A DNA stretch of 51,458 nt from Vermamoeba vermiformis (taxonomy: Eukaryota): the NCBI GenBank assembly GCA_045837725.1, contig JBEWZL010000115.1, positions 124,001-175,458 of the forward strand, given 5' to 3'. The notes below the pieces were generated by a model. It did not search any database and was not told the DNA's origin. It saw nothing but the letters and a program-made list of their open reading frames with translations. Position 1 is the first letter of the stretch; each line of letters starts with the position of its first letter. The translations under genes and the position numbers were made by a program. Positions 37,901 through 47,517 of this stretch are shown in pieces.

Positions 37901-40900
37901 CGTTACCATCCTGAGGGTTCGCCTCATTTTTGGACTCCTGTCGGCACAGCGTCACGGTGCTATCATTCACGACAAAATCGGAATTGTTGAATGTGTCAAG
38001 CGCGACGGCTGTATTAACAGTTAGTGGCTGACACGTTAAATGATGGATTAGCTTACCGCAATAAGGGACCTTAGGCTTCGCCATAAACAGTGTGGCCAAT
38101 GACTCAGGCGCTGTAAAAATCGGTTAAACCTATTAACAACGCGCGCATGTACATACTCGACATGATGCTTAATATACGCGAGGCCTCGCTGATGACTTCT
38201 TTGTCACGTGACTCGAACACGATGCGCAGCAATTTGGAATGCAGATCTCTTTGTTTTTCGGGTGCCATTGTAACTGTGCAATGGGTGAGCAAAATATGGT
38301 AAGGCAATCACGACTACTCACGGAAGATCGGGTGATCGTTCAGCCACCGCAACATCAACTTCTTGCGCGGGGCATTGTTGCCGAAGATGATGTCCATGAG
38401 CTCATCGGGATTACTTTCAGCAAAGGCACTGTCTCCGATAATAGGCACTGTGGAACGAGTCAGAATTGGCACGGGTAATTAAACTAAATGACTCACTTGT
38501 AAGGAACGAAAAGCTCAGTTCGACTACGTCTTCAGTGTTGTGCGTGAAAAATATCTTGACTAGCTCTTGCACCAAGCCAAACTGAATAGCTTCCATCGGA
38601 TATTTTTCTACGATAGCAAGTATTATTGACGAATACACGTACATAATTAATTACATTAGAACTTACCGAATAACTTCCTTAACATGCTTGATGTCAACTT
38701 CAAAAAGTCTGCTTTTCTGTAACTAGCGAGACACCGCTGTATGGCTTCCATGCACAGAGGCTCGACGAGGATCTCTTCTGTGTTTGGCAACTTTTCGACA
38801 ATGTAGGCAATGTTGGTTTGTATTTCAGTCTTCAATATAAACTGCTTCACGAGGCCAAATTGAGTAAGATACTCAGGAGCTGTCAGACTAGTTAGCACTG
38901 CCGTAAGTACGTAAGTACTATTGCATACCTTTTTCGGCGAAGTCGGTTATCATTATTTTACCGTAAATCCAGTTTGTGTTCACGGTTAATTCTTCGGACA
39001 AGAGTTTGACCATCTCCGGCCATTGTTTCATGTATTCGATGTAGTCTATCATATGTCAGTATAATAGTATAGAGTGATTAGTTACATACCTGGATAGCAT
39101 TCTGGCACCTTCTTGAACCGTTCGCTGAGGCGTCTGAAGGCCGCGGAGTATCTGTTGGCCTTGGCTAACGTCATCATTAACTCCTCTAAGTAGCCACTCT
39201 GCAGCACCTTCTCGGGCAATTTCGCTGGTTTGTGTAAGTACGAGACAGCTTAAATTTGTTTTGCTTACTTTGAACATAATCTATAATCTCACCAGCTTGT
39301 CGATAAACATCCTCACTAGGGTGACGCAATAACTTCACGACTGGACTTAACAAGTCCTCCGCACAGAATGCAGTAACGTCTGAAACGATGTTAAGCATTT
39401 TGTTGTGAATAACTTTCGCTTATTCATACCTGACTTGGCGATTGACATGAGCAACACCAAGAGTTCGGTTAAGATGCCGTCAGCAAGAGTTGAAACAACG
39501 CCATAGGCCCACGCATTCATGAACGGATTAGTGTACACTTGCTCGCTGTTGGGATTTTGTTTGACTTCCTCGCCAGTCAACCACAAGCGTAACATCGGTA
39601 GTAAGTTGGACTCGATTAGTTGTTGCAACGAGACTAAAAGACAGGTTACATTAAACATCGTGCTAAAATAGTACGTACATTGCTTTGTAAGAATTTGCAA
39701 GGTCATGAGCTTGAGTTGTGTGTCATTCGATTGCAATAGCGAGGTGATGGACGGAATGCAATTGTGTTTGATTAATACATCTGCCGTCTCCGAAGACATC
39801 AACGATAAGAACTTGTATTTCAAAGTGGTGGATACGTTCAAGTTTTCCATTAACTTTTTGAGTGTTTCCAAGAATCCTGCTTCGATCATCTCATCGTGGA
39901 AGTGCTCTAATAATTACATTAGTCCGGCACTAAGAGCAGTGCACTGACGTACGCAACATTTTCTCTACGAGTTCTGTGCTGCATTCCTGAACTTTGGGCT
40001 TGCCATGCAGCGTCATAAGCGATAGTAGCGCGCCTAAGAAGCCACCCTTGACATAATCTCTGAGTTGTTCCACTGCCAATATGGTTAATCGGGAGCGTGA
40101 CTATTGATCAAGGTGTACCTGTGAATCGTTGAATGACGGCAAGAGCCTTGACAACGACGCCCTCCACGAACATTTCAGAATCCGACTGAATGATTTTGAT
40201 GATCTGTTTGAGAGTGCCAGCTGATACGAGCTCATCCTGATATTTAGCTGCAAAATGTTAGACACGTGCCACGATCGTAACAAGTCAGCTTCTTACTGTC
40301 AAAGTATTGTACCAAACTCATCGATTTGGTTCTCGCTTCGGCTGACGATGACTTGTTGGTCAATACTTTCATCAGTTGTTTAATCATTCCGTTTTTAATC
40401 ATTTCTTTCTGATACTTCTCTGCGACATTAAACGTTAATATGAATATTGTTATTTAAATGAATCTTACCGTCGAAATAAAATAGCACTTCTGCGGCTTTG
40501 ATAAACACCTTGGTATTTTTGCTTCTTAAGGACTTGATCAGCGTCTTCATGACACCTGTCTTGATCATTTGTTCTTGGTGCGATGCTGCAAAATGATTAG
40601 AAGGCGTGCACGTGATATACGAGCCTGACTTACTGAACGTAAAGAAACTCTTCAGACAGTTCATGAATCCGAGCATCGTAACTTCGAGATCCACCGCCAT
40701 CATTTCAGAGAAAAAATTCAATAGGCCACTATCAACCAGCTTCTTTCGCAAATTGTTGTCTAAATGCGCGTGAGACTTGTAATTGATTGCAATTATTATG
40801 CTTACCTTGACCGCCTACGATTAATTCCCAGATGGGAAGCAACTTGTTTATATTTTCAATTTGCTTTGGATCGGGATTAACTACAGTTAACGATCGCTGA

Positions 40901-41907
40901 AGGGCCATTAACTCTTGGAGCACTCCAGCACTCAGATATGACGATAGCTTCGGCGCTAAAGGTCGTTTAGAATCATGACAACGGACCAATTGAAAACTTA
41001 CTGTTAGTTTTGGCGAGTTCTGTTATAATTGACAAAGCTCTGTCGATGTCTTTAGGGTCTTTCAAATAATCACGAACGATCTGTACGGTAAATTATATAA
41101 TTATGAGCAAATTATATAATATTAAAGTCAACAAATTTTAACTGTACCTTCCAGCTGGTTGTCTCGACGTTAAAATGAAAGCTACCAGCATATTTTGTTT
41201 TTTTCTCGATATCGAATGTCGTTTCAGTGCCGCGATTGATATTTGAAATAAAGCTAGTAGAGTGTTAATGAAGGAAGAATAATAGGATTATGACTTCGCG
41301 TACTCTTTGAATTCATATTCTTGACTTCCTAATAGTGAAAATATCTTTCCTTTCTTCTTAAATACCTCAATCTTAAATTTGTTATTCAATTCATTCTGTT
41401 TTACGTCGCTAGATGATAAAATTAGGGCTGACATTCATTTTACACGCGTGAGCGTTAACTTACAAATTGAATAACAAATCCTGCCATTGAAATACTGCGT
41501 CTTTTCCTTCAAAATTTTGCAATTCATAGCGCTGATTTTTGAAGCTGACGACGCATTGAACTTTGAAGCCTTCTTTCAATAACGCGATCCGGATTCCTAT
41601 GCACATGTTACCATTAGTTTTAAATATTATTTAATAACATTATTTTAATATGTAATGATGATCCCTCTCTCGACACTAAGAATTAACAACCAAAAAAGAG
41701 CTAAATTTCAATTTTTTTAAAATGAAAATAAAGACGTTCAGTTTACAGGTAAACATCATTTAATAAATAATAGTTTAATCTTTAATTTCGAATTCATAGG
41801 ACGTAGAGCATTTGAATTCCAGATGGTGATTTTGTGACGCGAAGGAAACACGTTTCAATGTGAATTGACTTACGATATATTTGCAAGGTTAAGTAATTAT
41901 CGCTCAT
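34901..41907 (-). CDS. Large multidomain protein: C2-like, ARM repeats, SPRY, split TLDc, Pro-rich, UBZ zinc finger
   Basis: Junctions I checked by eye (5' exons from ATG 41907 MSDNYLTLQIYRIR; ARM/SPRY/TLDc region) join in frame. ARM-like repeats (MIKTGVMKTLIKSL, MIEAGFLETL); SPRY (YFEVRID...IVIGLA...VGYNCEDG...GDVLGIYI); TLDc (LLYKASVDGW ... YKLDEVEVY); terminal CPVCGTMVLENTINEHLDECL. Confidence 0.75.
36484..36643. repeat. Coding low-complexity tracts (poly-Pro CCA/CCG and poly-Asn AAT/AAC on the minus strand)
   Basis: (TGG)n and (TTA/TTG)n runs on the plus strand, within the large gene. Confidence 0.85.
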
Positions 41908-42171
41908 ATTGAATCATTTGTCTTTTGGCGTGTGCTCGAATCCGTCAGTGGGCATAAAAATAAAAACAGCTTTTTTCGGTTATTAAATTTTGCTTTTACC
42001 GCCATCAGCCACAACTAGACCATAAAAATAATTAACAAAAATGTTTAAGAGCTAGTAAAAATTACGCTCAAGAGATAGAATCGGTAATCTCGACTAGCGA
42101 GAATAGCTCGTTAAAAATCACAAATAATTTATTAAATAAGACAATCAATGCATAATACAATTCTGAATGGC

Positions 42172-44344
42172 TTAAGAGCTTTCTTCTGAGCCAGATCCAG
42201 AGGCAGAATCTTCGTTGGAACCCGAACCTTCAGCCGAGCTGCTACCCTCGTTGGAGCCGGAGCCAGAGCCTGATACCTCGGAGCCAGACTCTTCTTCAGA
42301 CTCTTCGTCCTCATCAGACGAGTCTACGTCCTCACCGGATTCCTCATCTTCGTCGGACGATTCTGATTCAACCTTCTTGGCGGGGTTAGAGTGGTGACTA
42401 AAGCAGCGCTGGTGGTCTCTTTCATTTCTGTCGCAGAACCGCGCTCCATGCGAGAGCTACCACTGCCACCACCACTCTTCTTTTTCTTGTTGCGAGAGAC
42501 TACGACAGCAATGATAATCACGGCAGCAGCTACGACAACACAAACGACGACAATGGCAACAATGATACCAGAGTCGAGAGCTCCAGGGGTAGCAACAACT
42601 ATCGATACAAGGTTAGTATTGCCAGCAGTCAATCAAAGACTAAGATCTGAACGTACCATCGCTGGAAGGACTAGTTGAAGGCGGGAAAGTAGCCACAGGA
42701 GTGACGGGAACAGCGTTAGGAGAAGCAACAGGAGCGTCTACAGCAGGTGGTGCAACAGGTGAATTGCCAACAGGCGTGCCAGCGGTGGGAGCGGTATATG
42801 GAGGAGATGCGCCGTCAAGAGTGGGAATGGGCTCATCTGTACAGAGATTAGATATACACACACTCGAAACATTGATAGCACTTACTGCTCAATACAGATC
42901 CTTGTACACCGGTAACCACCATACCCAAACCAGTCAAGGCGTTAGTGAGGGCGGTAGAATCTGTGAGGACAGACATGACATTGCTGGCACCATCAGCCAC
43001 TGTTACTCCGAAGAAGTTGGGTCCAATTTGTTGAGAACTACGCTTATTAACGTTCAAATTGATAGAAACACGGGTAGTAGCAACTCCTAGTGTGTTGGCG
43101 ATTGTGTCGCTGACATTTTGTTGGTTGTTCGTCACGTAGGTCAAGTCAGCTACACCAACCAAGAAAGAAACGTCTGTACTCGGTTAGTACTAATGACAAT
43201 AATGATGGTGAAAGGCTTACTAGCAGGGCAATCCGAAGTAGAGTCCAAAGTGAGGGTAGAAATGGCACCATCCAAGTACCAAGTGACCTGAACACCGATA
43301 TCAACTTCGAGCTGCTCGAAGAACTGAGGATAGAAATAGGTACGCGTGGTGTTGACCAATTTGAACTGTTCTCCGGAGTTTAAAAGCACGGTTTCGTTGC
43401 CAACAACGTAGAGCGCATTTTTGCTGCCGACAGGATAGATCACATCAACGTTTTGCTGAGTTGACGAGAAAGAAGTGGACAGAGTTCGCTTGTTAGGAGT
43501 AGAAGAGTTTTGGCTGCACATCAAAACGGGTCGTAAAACTTGAGCAGAACAAACACCAGCAGCACTGTTCTTACAGTAAGTACGTCGTGACGTGTGTCAA
43601 TGAGACAAGATACTCACGTGCACATGGGAAAAGCAGCAGAACAGTCAGTATTAGATAGGCATTCGACACAAGTGCCTGCAGCCGAGCAAACAGGTCGATC
43701 AGTGCCAGCACACACTGTGAAGATGCATTAGTCCCGTCAATTGCAATTACTGAAACTCGACTTACCCGTTGAGTTGGTGCAAGAAGTTGGAGGTCTGCAC
43801 ACATTTACAACAGTATCGCAAACACCCGAAGCGCATTGGCTATTCGAGGTACATTGCACGCAGTTCGAAGCAGAGCAGACGGCTGCATTGTTGTAGTTGC
43901 ATTGACCGCAGGAGGGACGAGCCTCGCACATACCTGCATTGTTGCAGTATTCTGATGCACGACAATGAGCGTTGACAAGGCAACCCAAGCACGTTTGGTT
44001 GAACTGCAGAAGTAGATGTGAGTGGAGATTTGCGAGATGTATGACACGGATGGGAACGAAACTCCAATTATTATTTAATGCGATGATTATCGCGAATATT
44101 ACATTAATTATCCATGTCGTATCACGAGAAAATAATGAGTTGGAATATTTCATAACGTTATTGGATCAAAAAAGATTTTATCCAATTTCATATTTTAGGG
44201 TTCCACATCGAGCATTACAACTAAATAACTTACGCAATACGGGGCAGCTGCAGTGGCACATTCAGAGTTGCTATTGCAAGCTGCTGAAGCGAATCTCGAC
44301 AGGCACAAAATCAGAACTGCCGACAAAATAACAACGCCTCTCAT
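42172..44344 (-). CDS. Cys-rich cell-surface type-I membrane protein with Pro/Ala/Thr stalk and acidic tail (apparent 1-nt frameshift in the tail)
   Basis: Signal MRGVVILSAVLILCLSRFASA; repeats like CVQCTSNSQC and CVECLSNTDC; a beta-rich domain; TM IIVAIVVVCVVVAAAVIIIAVVV then RNKKKK; Ser/Glu/Asp tail in a different frame, ending at TAA 42172-74. Confidence 0.8.
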
Positions 44345-44902
44345 TTTGTGATGCTAGTTTACAACTTGACGAGAAGCGTGCTTTTGTGGTACTTAAAGCG
44401 TGTAGAAGGATAGAATAAGATTGAACGACGCGAATTGTCTCGAGTGTCAAATCAATTTGACATGCAAAACCAACCGAAATCAAACCATATTATTCGCTAT
44501 ACATATAATATTAACACTGCATTATAGTGCGCAACTCATTGATATGCATAATAACTGAATCAAAATTCCCGCAATGGTTATGTCTCCCGTAGCCGGGGAC
44601 AAACAAAAGAAGAGCACACAGCTGTTTCATTCCTGTAAAATTCAAAGATGCAACAACAGCTGCATATTAAAAATATTTTGCAGCTGCATATCCCCCTTGG
44701 CGGAAGGGATGTAGGCTACGTTTATACCCAAACGACGAAGCCAAGCTTTGGCCTTACTTTGACAAGACAAGATACAAATGAAAGTTGGCATTATCAAGTT
44801 CAATTAATTTCCACGGACGGATCCAAACAAAAATGATGGATGCTGAGAGTTTGAGCTGGGCAAAGCGAAATCCTTATCGTCTACAAATTAATCCACATAC
44901 GT

Positions 44903-46171
44903 TGTAACAGAACGGTTTATCGAAAGGTATTGTAAAAATGCATTTGGGTATATTTGGGGGGCATTGGGAGGATTATTTGATGGAAAATCAATGTTTTGTA
45001 AGATTTTAATAAAATTTGATGTTGGCCCTTGAAATTACTTGCAAAAATCTGCAAATTTTCAATCATTGCTGCCCCATTCGGAAATCATTAGCAATTTCCA
45101 AATTAGGAAGGTTGCTAGCATAAACAATGCTTTACAGCATGTACATACCATTCCAACTTGTCCCGTCAAATTCTGTCAATTACTAACTGTTTGCCAGAGT
45201 GCTCCAAGGTGGAAACAGGCAGTTAGTGTAACTAGCAAATATAACCATATATGGCAGGAGGTTATGGACATCATAAGTGGACCTTTACAAAAAACAATGA
45301 TTTGAACTTGCCGCGCCAAATTCCGGCAATTACTAACGACTTCCTTGTTGCTCGTAATCCTTGTAAATTCTGTTTTTTAACTGAAATTTCGGGATTTGAC
45401 AGTAATTACCAAATTAGGAAAGGATGGGGCAGTTGGCATTTGTTGCACCATGGTTACTAAAGTTGAAACTTGTCCCGACAGTTTTTATCAATTACTAACG
45501 ATTTGCTGATCACTTTACTATATTTCTATATTAGGCAAGTAGAAAACTCAGTTTTCACCTGGGAAGTGCAAGGCATATAAATGATGAAGGGAAACTGTTA
45601 GTAATTGCCAGATCATATGCACACAAGTGCCAAGAGGAGTGTTTTGCAAATGTCCACCTCATGGACCCCTGATATGCACCACAAATTTCCTTTTTAGGCT
45701 ATTCCATGCTATATACTTGCTTTTTGCACTGTATTTGCCCTAGGAACACTCAAGTAAGCATCAGACTCCAATTCTTTTGTGTACCATGATCTGGCAACCT
45801 TCAAAGCATCAAATCATGATTACAAACCAGTGAAACACTTCCTAATATGGGCACCTTAGAGTAAAATGGGGTTTTCCCAGTTGATTTTCAAGAAAACAGG
45901 CTGTAACTTCAGCTCTACGGCATATTTTGATGTGCCGTTTTTTTTGTTCAACTTGCACTTCCATGTACTATGGGTTTTCTGAATAAAAAAATGAAATATA
46001 CCCAAATGCATTTTTACAATACCCTCCGATGTTTACAATTTATTGAAATTTCTTGAAGAAAGTTTGACCGAGTCACGCGACTCGCGAACAAGAAACAACG
46101 CCAACTGTAATCTTAGTCGTCTTTTATTCTTTTATTAATAAACAACTTTATTCTTCTCTTATTTTGTTACA
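44903..46171 (+). repeat. 5' LTR, interrupted (44903-44918 plus 46035-46171)
   Basis: TGTAACAGAACGGTTT at 44903 continues as ACAATTTATTG...TTTTGTTACA after the insertion. Once rejoined it matches the 3' LTR base for base over the visible part. 7-bp terminal IR TGTAACA/TGTTACA; AATAAA at 46137-42. Confidence 0.95.
44919..46030. mobile_element. Non-autonomous TIR DNA transposon (MITE-like, 1112 bp) inserted in the 5' LTR
   Basis: 37-bp TIRs at 44919-44955 (ATCGAAAGGTATTGTAAAAATGCATTTGGGTATATTT) and 45994-46030 (2 mismatches). GTTT is duplicated at 44915-18 and 46031-34; the empty site is visible in the 3' LTR. No transposase ORF. Confidence 0.93.
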
Positions 46172-46173
46172 TT

Positions 46174-46193
46174 TGGTTCCGATCACCTGGATC
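46174..46193 (+). other. Primer-binding site TGGTTCCGATCACCTGGATC
   Basis: Starts with TGG 2 nt after the LTR CA. Its reverse complement GATCCAGGTGATCGGAACCA fits tRNA positions 57-76 (G57 A58, C61, CCA end). Confidence 0.85.
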
Positions 46194-46220
46194 TGACTTC
46201 TAGTCCCCGTCCCATCCGCA

Positions 46221-47471
46221 ATGTCTAAGAACGGAAAAGCGAAAGAAAAGCTCACAAGCCGCGATTCACACTCCTCCGACGCTGAAGACGGCAATGTCAC
46301 TGTTGGTGGATCTGACACCCGCCCCGAGCCTCTGCCAGCATCTGCTGTAACCAACGCGGATCTTCTCAGCCGCGTCACCGCGCTGGAAAGCAAGTTCACT
46401 CGCTGCCAGGAGGACGTCGCCAAGACACGGGAGGATATAGGCAACATCTCTCGCCAACTTGAGATCCTCATCCAAGGTCAGCGGAACAACACCAACGGTC
46501 CCAACAACAACAACACCGTCCAAGACCTTTCACTTTCTGATGACGACGAAGTGCCCAAGGCAACTGTCACCACTATTCCAAAGAGACCCTTCAACTCGTC
46601 GCCTAATCGCGGAAATACCACCGCCGATCAGCGAGGACTCAACTCAACGTTGAATACGACGGTCTCTGCGCAAAATTCCCGAGTCCTTACTCAAAAGGAT
46701 GTGCCTCATGGGATTGGAACTTTTGACCCTGAATCCGTCGAGCTCGATGCGGCCACGTGGATCAAACGGATCAGGAAGTTTGCCCCAAGACTCAACTGGA
46801 GTGACGACAACAAAGTTCAAATTATGACTCTAACCTCTACTCCAGACGTGCAAGACTTCATTTTGGATCTTCCGCCCCACTTTAACTTCGAGCAAATCTC
46901 CGCTCGTGTCATCACGGAATATCCCGCTAAATACGCTGTGCATCGTCTGCTCAACCTGGAGACCATTGTTATGCAAGATGGAGAGGACTTGAAGAGTTAT
47001 ATCTCCCGCTTCAAGGATGCGTCGCGCGACTTTCCCGATATGGAAGAGGCCGTGAAAGTGGTTCGCTTCATAAAGGGCCTTGCAAGACGCTATAGCAGCA
47101 AGTTGGTCTCCCCTGAGCAATACGCTTCCCTCAAGCAAGCAATTGCCGCCGCGAAGCTGATTGACCTGAACTCAATGCTCGTCAACGGTCGCTCTGACAA
47201 CCGTGCTACGAAGCCCATGCTCTACACCAAGGCTAACGATGCTCCTACCAACGACCAGCGGGTTCTGAACAACTCCAATGTTGCCAGATCTGATCCTAAA
47301 AATGGATCGACCGCCAAGACGTCGTCGGAACGAGTTTCGAAGCCCTCGAACGCTCCAAAAGGGGGAGGGAAAAACGCCAGACAAGCCTACGTCAATAACA
47401 TTCGCTCCATGCTCATCGAAGACGAATCTGATGCGGATGACAACTCCTCGGATTCGGAAAACTTGATGTAG
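46221..47471 (+). CDS. gag: Gag (Ty3/Gypsy capsid), 416 aa
   Basis: Intronless ORF just after the PBS; N-terminal coiled coil; capsid-like WIKRIRKFAPRLNWSD and MHR-like QDGEDLKSYISRF. No CCHC knuckle. Confidence 0.9.
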   Translation: MSKNGKAKEKLTSRDSHSSDAEDGNVTVGGSDTRPEPLPASAVTNADLLSRVTALESKFTRCQEDVAKTREDIGNISRQLEILIQGQRNNTNGPNNNNTVQDLSLSDDDEVPKATVTTIPKRPFNSSPNRGNTTADQRGLNSTLNTTVSAQNSRVLTQKDVPHGIGTFDPESVELDAATWIKRIRKFAPRLNWSDDNKVQIMTLTSTPDVQDFILDLPPHFNFEQISARVITEYPAKYAVHRLLNLETIVMQDGEDLKSYISRFKDASRDFPDMEEAVKVVRFIKGLARRYSSKLVSPEQYASLKQAIAAAKLIDLNSMLVNGRSDNRATKPMLYTKANDAPTNDQRVLNNSNVARSDPKNGSTAKTSSERVSKPSNAPKGGGKNARQAYVNNIRSMLIEDESDADDNSSDSENLM

Positions 47472-47517
47472 GGGACAGTGTAGGCTCGGCTGATTCCCCA
47501 CGCCCTGTAGAGCCGCA
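47456..47517 (+). other. Putative -1 programmed ribosomal frameshift signal (G GAA AAC plus pseudoknot)
   Basis: Heptamer at 47456-62 in the gag frame; the pol frame (-1) is open from 47441. GGGGA 47471-75 pairs with TCCCC 47495-99, and loop GGCTC 47483-87 pairs with GAGCC 47510-14. Confidence 0.8.

Noticed and set aside
44350-44902. tRNA gene next to the retrotransposon insertion site, or a gene at ORF 44648-44836
   Set aside because: No A/B boxes or cloverleaf seen upstream (the downstream flank is outside the window). The ORF is short, has no recognisable motif and no convincing spliced model.
45039-45460. Short ORFs inside the TIR element as transposase remnants
   Set aside because: Only 69-88 aa, with no DDE, HTH or zinc-finger motifs; they mainly translate the internal repeats.
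45155-45506. CRISPR-like array
   Set aside because: Degenerate repeats with ~110-120-bp spacers, eukaryotic context and no cas genes.
44915-46035. 5-bp TSD (GTTTA) for the TIR element
   Set aside because: Formally possible because the next base is A on both sides, but it would make the termini asymmetric (TCG.../...CGAT). A 4-bp GTTT gives flush inverted ends. Other copies are needed to settle it.
47469-47483. Gag UAG read-through (MLV-like UAG-G plus pseudoknot)
   Set aside because: A second in-frame TAG follows at 47481-83 and pol is in the -1 frame, so read-through cannot reach pol.
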